A program made the translations under genes and the position numbers. A stretch of DNA of 64,000 nucleotides from the human T2T-CHM13v2.0 reference genome, Homo sapiens. Of the stretch, positions 50,401 to 63,536 are shown in pieces. Below the pieces are notes generated by a model that was not told the origin of the DNA, ran no database searches, and worked only from the letters and a program-made list of their open reading frames with translations. Within the stretch, counting starts at the first letter, position 1. Each line of letters opens with the position of its first letter. The stretch covers positions 2,752,001 through 2,816,000 of the forward strand of contig CP086569.2 of NCBI GenBank assembly GCA_009914755.4, given 5' to 3'.

Positions 50401-52329
50401 ATGACACTCTCTCTTATTAATAATGATTTTTCTTAGTAATTTTATTTTATATGATATCAATGTAGTCACCTTCACTTTCTTTTCATACTTTATATTGCAT
50501 CAATAATTTTGCACATCTGCATTTTTGTATATAGCATATAGGTATATTTTTAAATTTGATTATTTCTGTCTTATAGGTGAAATATTTAGCTCATTCACTT
50601 TTATCAGAAATATGGCATTTTTAGATATTCGCACATATTAATTTTTGCTTTCTATTTTAAAATTTTCTATATCTCTTTCTTTATTCTTCTTTTACTCAAG
50701 TTATTTTGGGTTTTATTTATTTTTTTTTGGCTCTGTTGCCTTGGGAGCTATATACCTTACTTCTATTTTTTTAGTAGTTACCCCCTTCCAGGACCTTTCA
50801 CCTCACAGATATAACAAGGTCTGAAGATAATGCCTTAATATCTTTTCTATACAATAGAAAGACTTTTAACTCACTTAACCTAAATTTAGCCTCTCATCAC
50901 TTACATTCTATTTTGTCTAATGTCTAAGATTTGTGCTTTATTAAAACCTTCCTTAGAAACTTCTTTTTCATTGATTCATGTTAAACCATATTTTTATTAT
51001 TTTACACTGATAATTTATTTGTTAAGATTCCCCTGTTAAGTCTATAAATTTCTTTGCTTAATATTTTTTCCTTTGTCACAAATATTCATTTTGGGTTAAT
51101 TTTTCCTCTTCTTGCAATATTGAAAGAATTTTAGAGCATGTCAGTTGGTAATAAAATTGGCTGTTGTTTGAAAATTTATTTAGTTCTCATTATTGAGTAA
51201 TAATTTTTGAGAACACAATTTTGTTTTTACATTTATTTTCTCTTACACTTTTTATATACTGTCTTCTGGTTGTCCTTATTATTATTGAGATGTTTGTTTT
51301 AAGTATAATTATAATTTTTAAGCCCATATTAATTTTTAACTACTTAAAAAAAACCTTTGCCTTAATGTTTTGCAATTATATTACAATGTCTCTAGATATA
51401 TCATAATTTCCTTTACCATTTTAGTATTCATTGTATTTCCTGGTTCTTTATATTTAATTAGAGTTACAGAAGTCTTAGGAAATTTCTTGACAAATATTAT
51501 AATTCATTAACTCTGTTTATTGCTTTCTTCTGTGACTTCAATTATACCAACAGTACTCCTTTTCATTTGTTCACATTTATTAAACCTTTATATTTTCCAT
51601 CTACTTGCCTCTCAATATTCCATTCTGGGCAATTTCTTCAGGTCTATCGTTTAGTTCTAAATTTTCTTTTCAACTATGACTAAACTGTAGCTTAATCCAT
51701 CCTGTGAGTTGTTTTCGTTTTTTTTTTTTTTAATTTTTTTGACTTTTTATATCATCTATTTTTTGCCCTAATGCTTAATTCAGAGCATAGCACATAGCTA
51801 TTCCCAATATGTTCTCATTAAAGGTATTTATATTTGATTTTTAAAAGTAAGTAACAATAAAACTATGACAGAGGAGCAGCTTTTTCCTTTGAAAATTGTG
51901 GTTTAAATGCAGTAAGGGTTATTAACAATTCTACATGAATGACTTCTTATTTCACTGAAGTGTTTTATAAGGTTTTTAAAACAGTACTTCATAGCATCCT
52001 GCTCTTCAAAACATCTGTGGCTCTTTTTGGTTCCTATTAAGTGATAAATAACAACAGAATTTTGGTTCACATAAGGACCTGAAACAAGAAAGTTGGTTAA
52101 GCTATTCATACTTGTTGCTTTGAAATTGGGCTCATAGAATTTAATTTTATTATGTCTATAATTTGCACTGGTATTTTGTCAATTACCTTTTTTCTTAACT
52201 TACAAGTTACTTTTTTTAAAAAAAGAAAACCATATACAAAGCTTAGATTATATAATATAATGAACTGGTCATTTTTCTTCTCATCTCTCTATTCAAATCA
52301 TAGATTTCAAAGAGTTTAAATTATTAATT

Positions 52330-52352
52330 AATTTGTGTGTGTGTGTGTGTTA
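52330..52352. repeat. (TG)n microsatellite
   Basis: 'tgtgtgtgtgtgtgtgtgtt'. Similar (GT)n at 52963-52981 and (CA)n at 53735-53765. Confidence 0.9.
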
Positions 52353-55300
52353 TGTAGTGGAGAGGCAAACTTGATACATTTAATGCTTTAACATTATATA
52401 CTGATGCATTCCTAATTCAAAGTTATATCATGATATGAAGAAATATACACGTGAAGCTATTAAGAAAACATTTTTGTTTGTAAGGATTTTGAAAGTTGGA
52501 GGATCAAATAATAAAACTCAGAATTTTTCCTGTCCACAAAAAAAATGTGGAACATGAAACTCACCAAACGAGAGATATCTGAGAAATTGTAGTCAGTCCA
52601 TGATTTTTCTCCCCTCTCTGAGAACTATCACCCTCTATTCAAACAAATCTATAAGCAGAGTCCTTGGTATCATGTTTGTACTGTGTGACATTTGCCTCTA
52701 GGCCAAGGCTGATTGTCCCATGTATTTTTTTTAATTTTGAGAATTTAATTTTACATTTTTACACGTTCAAACTCAGTTACTTTTTAAATATTCCTTTTCA
52801 TTGTGTCTTTTTGTTCATTCATTTTTTCTTAATTGATGTATTTCATGAAGGTTTATTAATTTTTTAATTTGAATTATCCCTATTTCTATAATCTTTGGTG
52901 TCTATAAATCTCTTGCTTGTTGTTTCTCTTAACTCTAATTGATGGTGATTTGTTTTCTGGTTTTGTGTGTGTGTGTGTGTAATGTTTGATTAATATTACT
53001 TAATCATTGGGAAAGTCAGTGCTTTTCTCCAGAGAACTGGGGTTTAGTTTTTCTGGTCCAGAGCCTGGACTATTCTGGCAACCTTCCAAGTTGCCATTGT
53101 TAAATTGCAAATCTCAGAGAAGGAGAGAAAGAGGAAAAGTACTATTTCACAAAAGACTCTTATTAAATGTTTTTATCATGATTTTTTTCTCCTTTTAGGA
53201 TTTTGCTTTTTGAGGTTTACCTATTATGATGATCTGTTCAATAGTAAATATTCATTCAGTTGGTGTAGATAGCTTACATAAAATTCACCAAAGAGTATTC
53301 AGGGATTATGTGAAATTCTCAGCATAACTGGTTTATTGTTTCAGCTTATTCATGCTACTCTTGCACTTTCACAATACACATTAGAATATCAAATAACTTA
53401 ATAGATATTCCATTAAAGAAACATATTTGTGTCTATATAACTGAGCATTTCCAAAATATATGTGAGTATGAAACAAACCTATTTCTAAGATAATATTTAT
53501 TAATATTTCAAGTTTAATGGAATTTGCTTTAGGAAATGCCAGCTAAATATTATATTAGCTCTGATGGGTTATTACCCATAGTTGTACCATAACTATTAAG
53601 TGATATTTTAAAATTGAGGCAAATGTCTTTTTCTCACTCAAAATCTTATATATTATACAAAAACAAAACGTGGTTTTGTCAATACCTATTTATTCCAGGT
53701 ATGAAGAATATCACACATTCTCTTCACCTAAACACACAGACAGACACACACACACACACACACAAACTTATCTAAAGAATCTTCCTATTGCTTACATAGT
53801 AGACATAATTAAGTAAATTTGAATGGGAGAACCAACTAATTGTGAGAATACCAATAGATATTCAGGCACTGTCTTGAGTGTCTCTGATGGATTGAGTTTC
53901 TCCAAACCTAGATTTGCTGACAGAAAAAATGTTAAAGATCCTAAATGTAAGCTAATCCTGAAAAGGAAAATCTGGCCTGATTACCCAGGCCTATTGGCAG
54001 GATCTTTCTGTTTGTAGGGGAAACTGGTTCCTGCACAGTGTGCGTTTGAGGCCACAAACTTCATGACAGCCAACCAACCTGTCCTGTGATCATAATTTGG
54101 GAAGCTTTGCAGATCGTGGTAGTATAAGTTATAAAGTCTGATAATGTTAACAATCAACTCCTTGACCCATTTTTACATCTTGGCTAGTGACTATTTTTCC
54201 TTATCAATGTATAAGGCACATTAGACTATAAGTAACATACTTTTCAAAACGACACCATTTTTTCAGTTACAGAAACAATGACAACTGGTCTTAAAATACT
54301 TAGACTCTCTTAATTTATTTCTTATGATTTGGGGAGGCAGGACTTGACAAAATTGAAATCTGTATGTGTTAGATAATTTGGGCAATTTTGAAGTAATAAA
54401 GTTTCAAAAACAAGTTATTTGACTCTCTACTATTATGTGTGAATAGTGATTAATTAGAGGAAAAAAATTTAAAATTACTTCAAAAAGAAGAGTTTCTGAA
54501 TATCCATTGATTTTCTCCCAGTTGGTCGATTCCCCCATGCAAATGGGGGAAGATGGCAGCATTTACACTCTATGCTAATGAAGTAAGTCACTTTTATTAC
54601 AAAAGTGCTAAAAAGTTAATGTGATCTATACTTTGCAGGACTTTTATTTGGGCTTTAGAACTAAAAGTTTACTGCTACTACATAGTTCTTACTGTATGTT
54701 TTTCTTACTTTTTTTTAATTATACTAACTGTAATAGACAGTGAATGGAAAACTTAATTTTGGGACTCTGTCATCTGCACACCTATGTTCCCAGAGTTTGA
54801 GGAATCAATGCAAGTGGTTTAGATGTGACAGTTTGGAAAAATATACTTCCCCAGTGCCTATAAAAGTAAGTACCTCCGAGTGAAGCGTTAGTATTAGGAG
54901 AGATCAGAGCCATATATGTTAATTAGCTTGTTAATTATTCTCTACTGTCACGTAAGATGAAAATTTCTATGTGTTTTCCATATATCACTTTATTAGCTTT
55001 TGAAATTTATTTTATCTCAATTTTGCCTGTATAAAATGTGGTGTATGATGTTCTGGGATACATGGGAATGGTGTGGAAATCAGAACAGGATGTGTTCCAG
55101 TCCAAACATATCTTTAGAGTTGACTGTGCCCACAAATGTGTTTCTGTGAGTGATGGTCTGACAAGTGATAGTCTGACAAGACATGACCGTTTTCCAAATT
55201 TTTACTTACAAATTAAAACACGAAAGTAAATCTATAATGTATGTTTATGAAAAATATTTTGATATCATCTCAGCCATTTAATAAGTCCCTAAAGAGGCTC

Positions 55301-56734
55301 TCATTTATTCCTGAAGAAGAGTCCTTAATATATTGTGAATGCTCGTTGATTCTGATAGCAAGTTGACTCCCCATTACTGCAACTGTTTTTATAATGTAGA
55401 AAGAGCGCTAAGTGTCAAGCACTTTACCTTTCCATAGCTAAGGAAATCCTTAAAAATATAATGGGGTTCCAAATCATAGAGTCATTTTAGTACTTTAATA
55501 AGACCACGATTTGTTTAATGTGAGCAGAGAAACATTGTAATCAGAATTATCCTTACCTGTAGGAGGTACAGACTCTAGTGAATTATGAGGGATGCTGGAA
55601 TGCGTTTCTGACCCAATTGATCTTGCAATTAGTACTGACCATGAAGTTTATTTGGTGATTACTTCATTTACTTAAGGCAGTAATTATGGGAAGAAAGGAT
55701 TGGGTAAATGTTGGTCAAAATATACAAAATTTCAGTTGGGGGAAGAAGTTCTAGAGATCTACTGTACAGTATGATGACTATAGTTAATAACAGTGTATTA
55801 ACTAGTTAATGTATAATTAATATATAATATATTTTAGGTATTCTCACCACAAAAACTGATAAGTATGTGTGGTAATGCATATGTTAATTATATTTACCTA
55901 AACCAACAATATATACATATTTTAAAGCATCGTGTCATATACCATAAATATATACAATTCTTTTTTGTCAATTAAAAATAATAATAAAAAACAAATGTTA
56001 TCCAGAAGAGTTTTAATACTCAGAACTGTTTGATAATAACTTATTGTGTGTTAATTTATACATTGCCTTTATTTATCCCCATTCAGTTAGAGTCTGAGTT
56101 GTTACAGAGATAATGAGTCAAATATCTGGTGCATGGAGCTGTAACAGTGTGGAGGAGCATAGGATGAAACTTTGCCACAGGTGGGAAATACTAACATGCA
56201 GAAAAGGAGTCCTAAAAATGACTCAATATGTGCTAAGTAAATGACTTTTAAATGTAGTAAGTGACAATTCTGTACACAATTATTGGTAAAGAATAATTTT
56301 GGAGTCCATTTTTAGATACCTTGTCAGCTTTCAAAAATATCACCATTTGAACACAGCAAGTGGTTTCTGATTTTTATTTCTTTAATTTGCCAGATTGTTT
56401 GTATTCTTGTAATTATAACTAGCCTAAATGGATAGCTATTGAGAGTGTAGTGTCTGTGCTGAAGATGTTAATGCATTTATGTTTTCTTTATTGCTCTGGG
56501 AAATAGTGGTATTTCATGTTAACATTGTGAGTTCCTCTGTACCTCTTTAGCACACTATTTATTCCATAAATAACAGGACAATAAAAATAAAGTCGAGTGA
56601 CCACCCGCTTTAAATCTACATTCAAATCAAATTTCATCACTAAATTATTGACATAAATAAATACACATAATTGGTTTTCAAAATGTGGCTACCTCCCCAT
56701 TATTCAGGACTTGATTATACAGGTCATAAGTTAC

Positions 56735-57070
56735 TGATATGGTTTGACTCTATGTCCCCACCCAAATCTCATCTTGTAGTTCCCATAATTCCCACATGTT
56801 GTTGGAGGAACCCGGTGGAAGGTGACTGAATTATGGGGGTGGGTCTTTCCTGCACTGTTCTCGTGATAGTGAATGGGTCTCACGAGATTTGGTGGTGTTA
56901 AAAACGGGAGTTTCTCTGCACAAGCTCTCTCTTTGCCTGCCACCAACCACATAAGATATCACTTGCCTCCCCAGCCACGTGGAACTGTGAGTACAATTAA
57001 ACCTCTTTCTTTTGTAAGTTGCCCAATCTCGGTTATGTCTTTGTCAGCAGTGTGAAAACAGACTAACACA
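56735..57070 (+). mobile_element. THE1/MST-family (MaLR) solo LTR with a 5-bp TSD 'gttac'
   Basis: 'tgatatggtttgactctatgtccccacccaaatctcatcttgtagttcccataattcccacatgttgttggaggaacccggtggaaggtgactgaattatgggggtgggtctttcctgcactgttctcgtgatagtgaatgggtctcacgagatttggtggtgttaaaaacgggagtttctctgcacaagctctctctttgcctgccacc...cccagccacgtggaactgtgagtacaattaaacctctttcttttgtaagttgcccaatctcggttatgtctttgtcagcagtgtgaaaacagactaacaca' is collinear with the THE1 LTR consensus (TG...CA). 'gttac' immediately flanks both ends, at 56730-56734 and 57071-57075. Confidence 0.9.
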
Positions 57071-60000
57071 GTTACTTAAGCTTGTTTCCTGCTTGTCAGC
57101 ATCACCACTAGAGTCAGGATTCAGGAAGACGGAAGAGGAAAAAAGCATGACAACCATGTTTGCATCCAATAATCAGTTATTCTACTGATGTTATGGGGAG
57201 GAAATTGTAGTATCTTGCTAAGATAAAGATTGTGGGTTATTAGTAGATTTAATTAGTCCATACTAAAGACTGTTATAATTAGAACTGAGAACACAAAGTT
57301 GAAATCATGTACATTTATAAACATGTATTATATCTGTATATTAGTCTATGCTATATATAAATACGAAGAAATAACTCTTCACAATGGCTATAATAAAAAG
57401 TGTAGTTACTTCCTCTTCGTGATTTTTCTTTTTACACTTAAGTTACAAGGTCCTTTTATTAAAAATCCAAATGTGAAACTCCTGTCCATCTATGGGTAAT
57501 GAAAATAAAAGTTTCATGAAATAATATTTACCCTTAATATATGTGATATACTTTTATATTGCTATCCTAGTCTATGCATATTTGATGTTTTTTAATAGTG
57601 GTCGAGCCCTACTAAATTGATAAAATGACTTGTTCATAGATTTTTAAATCACAAGTTGAAAGAAACTGTTTAGTTAACTTGACAAGCTATCTTGATGTTG
57701 TGTATCACTAGGTAACTGTAAACAGTGTAGATTGTATTTACTGCCCCTGGAAAAAAATGCCTGGATTTTATCATTACTTCCTAAAACCAGATTAACTAAT
57801 TTTTATTTTAATCGTATGTTATTATTTAATAATTAAATACATTAGGTATCACATTATGTTATTACCCAAGCCACCAATTTGTAGAAAGGAATATTAAATT
57901 TGTTTTTTAAATTCAAAATCTCTTTTGTTAATTTTTTGCCATTTAAATCTTTCTATGAAGCTGAACTCTGGTGATATAATTTAAATTAAAGATAATATTA
58001 AGGCCTTTCTCAGGTTTTATAGAGCAGTTGAAGTTAGTTTCCAGGTATTTATGGAAAATGCTACTAATGAGGGAATTAAAAAACATCAAGGGTGGAGGGA
58101 GGGGCAGAAAGCAATCTAATCAAACTATTTTTATTCAAATTTTTTGCCTTATTCATTTTATTTATTTAGTTTTAATAGATGCTATATTGACTAGTTGGAG
58201 AGCGAAAAAAGGAGTAGAGTTTGAATGGAATTACAGTACACACAAACACAAGAGACTGAAAAGAGCCTTATTCATTTATCATTAAAATGGCTTTGACTTT
58301 AAGGTAAATCATGACTGTAAAGCTCATAAGTTCAGAGATTGTGCCTGTTTAATTAACTTTGATAATTCTAATATAGCCTGGTACCATAGAAGTCCTCTAT
58401 AAATGTGCATTGCATGGATACCTGAATTGATGTATAATTTTTGTACTTTTGTGAGTATTGAATATTTTGAAGTGCTGTTTTCTGCACATACCATGCACCT
58501 AATAAATATTTTTGAATGATGAACTTTTGCCTGCTTTGCTAAACTTTCACAGTTTGATAAATTTCACTAGACCAAAAATACATTAGAAAACATAGAAATT
58601 CATTTCTGTGATGACAGTGCATACAAGAAATTCCAGGTTAGTCTGATTTAATGTATTTTTTCTCAGTTGTCAAATGTGGTGCATGAAATTTTATTTCTGT
58701 ACACATATAATAAATTGTGGTTGAGATTTTGGTCTCTCTCACATTTGTTTAAATAGAAAAAGAAAATATGCTCCTAATACAGTCATCATATGAATCCTAG
58801 GATGAATCCCCATTTTTTGGAGGCTTTTAAAGCTCTAAATCTACTTCTAAAAATTATGCTGTTATCCTCTATAAAAGAGACTATTGAGAAAATTATTCAA
58901 AAGCTGTTCTTAAAATTTAACATATTTCACCCTCACATCATATTTTATAGTTTTATTTTGTACCTCAGGCCCAGATTGTTGAAAACTGAATGAATTCAAC
59001 CATTTCTTTATGTGTATAAAGCAGAAAGTAACCAACATAAAAAGATTACAATTGATCCTGAATATAAGTCAACCAAAAAAATTATCTTTCTTTTTGAACT
59101 GTATATATTGCATACATTCAAAACAATAAAGCTATTATTTGGTTAGTGTCAGAAATTTTCAAGAACTTCCAGATATTTTTAAAATTAACTTTAGTGAGAT
59201 ATAATTGCATACAATAAAAGGTATATACTTTAAGCATAGAGTTGCATGAGTTTTGACAAATGTGTGCACCTATGTAATAATTACACTAATCAAGGTTAAG
59301 AACATTTTTATCACCCCAAAACATATTTCTTCTCTTGGAGTAAGTTCCTATACCTCCACTGCAAACAAGCACTGATGTGATTTCTAACTCTATGTATCAG
59401 TTTTTCTTTTTCTAAAACTTGATTTAAGTTGAATATCTATCAGTATTTTTTATTTACTTTTGTATTACTCTATTGCTTGAATATATTGTATATTTTCCAT
59501 CTAATTCTCTTGTTGATGGATGTGTTGATTGTTAAAGTTATAGCCATTATTTTTTATAGCTATTATAATTTTTGCTCAAGTGACAAGTGGTTTTGTGGAC
59601 ACATTTTTGTTTCTCTTGATTTAAATCCCTAAAAGTTAAAGTCTAACAGTATAGGCTAGGTTAATATTAAGTTTATAAGAAAATGACAAATCTCTTTTTC
59701 AAATTCATTACGCCGTTACCACCCATCCCCAGCTTTGTGGTATATATGTATTTCATTTGAATTTACCTTTATGAGACAATTGTAACTATGAAAAACATTG
59801 GCAAACTGATCGTGTAAAGTATGACAGCTAGTATAGAATGCATTTATGGCCAAAAAAACCCCAGGGCAATATGAAATTTCCTAGTTAGTGAAAGTGGAAC
59901 CTGAAGGGTGGGTGCTTAGGTTGACAGGAAAAGGGAAGTAGAGAGGAATAAAGAGGTCAGAGTGAGATAGAGAATGAATTAGGAAACACGCACTACTTCA

Positions 60001-61974
60001 CCACTGTCCCTGTGTTTTCTATTCCATAGAAATAAATCTATACTTATTTTTCTGAATAAAAATTCTATTGACCTCATTTAGATTATTTTACAACCAAGAG
60101 AAAATGAGAAACACAAGGCAGCAAAATGGTAGGGCTCCTCTCACTACTAAGAAATAACAAATTTATGGCATAACTCTTGACACTGGGAGAAGATAGCAGC
60201 TTCTTGTAGAATTAAAGGAACAGACGTTGAATGAAGAGATATTGCAATTTTAGTCCTACTTCTGCTGTTTATTAGAGTGTGACTTTGTACATGATGCTCA
60301 ATATTTCTGAGCATCTATGATTTCATAAGTTGTATGAGAAAATTATAATGATAACCTCTCTAGCAGATTAGTTTAGGAATTCAAAGAATATTTTTCTCAT
60401 TTGCCTAGCTATTTTGATACATTATGAATATTAATCCTTCTTTCCATGTTTATGGGGGTTATTGCATAATAAGAAATACAACTTCATACATGTATAATCA
60501 AACCACAAGTCAAAAGGGTTGAGGATAGCCTAGATATTGCCTATGACATTTATACTCCTTACAAGACCTCTAGTATATCTTCAATTTTGAACATTGAAAG
60601 AACTAGAAGATATATTGAATTTGTTCATTTTGGCTACTACTTTCTTATTAAGAATTGCCTATTTTCTCACACTTTGAAGATCCTTGAAAAATATGACTTT
60701 TATCACAGTAATTGCACTGAGTTAACCAAAAGTGGTAGTAAGCAATGAAGCCAGCTACTTCACTCATGAGTTGTTCTTTTAGAATATGAGGCTCGTCAAT
60801 CATTTTACCCTGTTTTTATTTATTTCACATCACTTTGAAATTACTCACCTTTACATATTTGTTTATGTTCCATCTTTCCACTCAAATATAAACTCCATAA
60901 TCAGTATCAGATCAGTGTCATATCTATTGTGTTCTCCTTTTCTACCCAGCATTAACATAATGTCTGATGCATATTCTCTGTTTAATATATCTTTCTAATA
61001 AGCAGTCTCTTACTTCTTTAAAGCTTTCTTTTTGCAAACTTTCTCCTCAAGGTACTCTGAAAAGGAAAACCAAGAAGGGCCACTTTAAAATACTTCAAAT
61101 ACTTAATAAACAAGTAAACATTTGTATGATTTCTCAATAAATGTTTTACAGTTAATACTGGATATTTCCTTTCCTTAGGGAGAAAAAATAACAACAAAGT
61201 TATAGACTAATATCCATTTTTCAGTGAGCCTTTGACAGAAAAAAAATGGTCTAAATTTTCAAACTGTTGGGAGAGAGTCAGGGAGTGGCAGTGTTGACAA
61301 AAATGTTAGGTAGGTACAAGAACTGTGAAACAATGCTCTTCTCCAGCTAATGAGTGTTTTATGGCAAAGCCTTCTGGACATAGAGTTTGAAAATCAGCTG
61401 TTATTCTATCAGTGGAGGTAAAGCTTCTATTTTCTGTGACCTTTGATCACTTACTTAATTTTCTCTAAGCTAAAATTATTTTTTTACAGACTCTCAAAAA
61501 GAATGAGAAAACAAAGGGCTTATTTTAGAAAACAATCCTGAGAATAAATCCAAAGTGTTGCCAGTCATTTCGCACATTGATTTTTCTTATGGCAAACACT
61601 TCTTTTTTAGTATAGATTGTTATTTATTCTTTGAGATGTAAAATTCTATGGATCTTATCAAATGCATAATGTCAGATGTCAATCATTTAGGTATCACAAA
61701 GAATACTTCAGATCCCCAACCCAGGCAATCACTGATCAGTTTACCATCTCTGTAGTTTCACCAGTTCCAGAATGTCATATAAATAGGGACATAAAGTGTG
61801 TAGCTTCTTCATACTGCCTTCCTTCACATAGCAATAGTTATGAAAGATCAATCCATGTGTTTGCATGTGTGGATACTTCAATACTTTCTTTATGAATGGT
61901 ATTCCATTGAATGGATGCACCCTAATTTGATTATGGATGCAGCAATGGAAGGACATTTTAACTTTAAGGTTTTT

Positions 61975-62075
61975 TTTTAAACTTTTATTTTAGGCTCAGA
62001 GGTACATATGCAGGTTTATTATATAGGTAAACTGTGAGTCACAGGAGTTTGGTGTACAGATAATTTTATCACTAG
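61975..62075 (-). mobile_element. L1 3'-end fragment (reverse, L1PA-like terminus)
   Basis: 'ttttattttaggctcagaggtacatatgcaggtttattatataggtaaactgtgagtcacaggagtttggtgtacagataattttatcactagg' is the reverse complement of '...cctgggtgatgaaataatctgtacaacaaacccc.tgacacaagtttacctatgtaacaaacctgcacatgtacccctgaacttaaaataaaa'. Confidence 0.75.
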
Positions 62076-62099
62076 GAAAATAAGCATGGTACCACCATC

Positions 62100-62640
62100 T
62101 TTGGGATTATGGCTGAACACCTTTAAGTAAGAATCCCACCCAGGTGGAACAATAGTTGTTGCCTTGGTAATCCTGCTCAGTATGAGAGGAACCACAGATT
62201 CAGACATTTGGTGTATGTGCTTGGCTGAGGAACCAATGGGGCCAAAATGATCTCAGCCTATTCTGGAACTTTAATTGGGGTGATTGACCCAGACTATCAA
62301 GATTAAATCAGTCTACTACTCCACAATAAAGGTAAGGAAGAGTATGCGTGGAATACAGGAGATCTCGTAGGCTGTCTCTTAGTATTACCATGCCTCCTGA
62401 TTAAGTTCAATGGGAAACTACAACAGCCCAATCCAGGCAGGACTACAAATGGCCCAGACCCTTCAGGAATGAAGGTTTGGGTCACTGCAGCAGGTAAAAC
62501 TCCATGACCTGCTGAGGTGCCTGCTAAAGGCAAAGGGAATACAGAATGGATAGTAGAAGGTAGTCATCAATACCTGCTACAACTACATGACCAGCTGCAG
62601 AAATGAGCACTGTAATTGTCATGAGTATTTCCTCCTTATG
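62100..62640 (+). mobile_element. Endogenous-retrovirus internal fragment (dUTPase/protease-region-like)
   Basis: The translation of 62275-62520 gives 'GVIDPDYQD*ISLLLHNKGKEEYAWNTGDLVGCLLVLPCLLIKFNGKLQQPNPGRTTNGPDPSGMKVWVTAAGK'. 'GVIDPDYQ' matches retroviral dUTPase motif 3 (GxIDxDYxGEI), 'GDLVGCLLVLP' resembles motif 4 (G.RIAQLILLP), and 'RTTNGPDPSG' resembles motif 5 (R..GGFGS.G), with stops and frameshifts. It is embedded between L1 pieces with no obvious LTRs. Confidence 0.5.
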
Positions 62641-62949
62641 TTGTTAAGAACATGTTTGTGTTGTATTAAGAAAATATGTTCATTTTATTTCCTTTTATAT
62701 CATGTGACATAAGATTTATTGACTTCATATCAGCATTTAAGTTTTGTTAATGTAATAGCATTTGTGTTGGGGATTGGTTCATTTCTGGTTATACAAAGGA
62801 AAGCTGTATTGTGCTAGGTGTAATTATGACCTTATTATTGTCTTTATTTGGAGATTATATACTATTTCAATAATGTGTATGGTTTTAAGTTGACATGGGG
62901 CAGATTTGTGATGGTTAATATTGAGTGTCAACTTGACTGGATTGAAGAA

Positions 62950-63535
62950 TGCAAAGTATCGTACCACATTTTCTTTTCCAACATACCATTGATTGGCATG
63001 TATGTTGATTCTATGTCTTTACTACTGAGAATAGTGCTACAATGAACATATGTGTGTGTGTGTGTATTTGTGGTAGAATGATTTATACTCCTTTAGGTAT
63101 ACAGCCAATAATGGAATTTCTGGGTCAAATGGTAATTTTGTTTTAAGTTCTTTGAGGAATTTCCACACTGCTTTTCACAATAGCTGAAATAATTTACTGT
63201 CCCACCAGCAGTATATAAGTGTTCCCTTTTCTCCACAACCTCACTGGCAACTGTTATTTTTTGACTTTTCTATAATAGCCATTCTGACTGTTGGGAAATG
63301 GTATCTCATTGTGGTTTTGATTTGTATTACTCTAATGGATAGTGATGTTGAGGATTGTTTCATATGCTGTTGGCTGCATGCATGTCTTCTTTAGAACAGT
63401 GTCTGTTCATGTCTCTTGTTCACTTTTTAATGAGGTTTTTTTTTTGTTTTTGCTTGTAAATTTGTTTAAGTTTCTTATAGATTCTGTATATTAGACTTTT
63501 GTCAGAGGCATAGTTTGCAGATTTTCAGCATTCTT
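62950..63535 (-). mobile_element. L1 LINE fragment (reverse), ORF2 C-terminal region
   Basis: 'gtaccacattttcttttccaacataccattgattggcatgtatgttgattctatgtctttactactgagaatagtgctacaatgaacata...tggtagaatgatttatactcctttaggtatacagccaataatggaatttctgggtcaaatggtaattttgttttaagttctttgaggaatttccacactgcttttcacaatagctgaaataatttactgtcccaccagcagtatataagtgttcccttttctccacaacctcactggcaactgttattttttgactttt..atagccattctgactg...atggtatctcattgtggttttgatttgtatt' is the reverse complement of L1 ORF2. It is preceded at 62890-62950 by a terminal fragment of the unnamed repeat family ('atggttaatattgagtgtcaacttgactggattgaagaatgcaaagtat'). Confidence 0.85.
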
Positions 63536-63536
63536 A

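Noticed and set aside
54510-54545. Small hairpin 'tcccccatgcaaatggggga' (7-bp stem, 6-nt loop)
   Set aside because: It is short and isolated, and expected by chance at this window size. There is no flanking conservation signal that I can assess.
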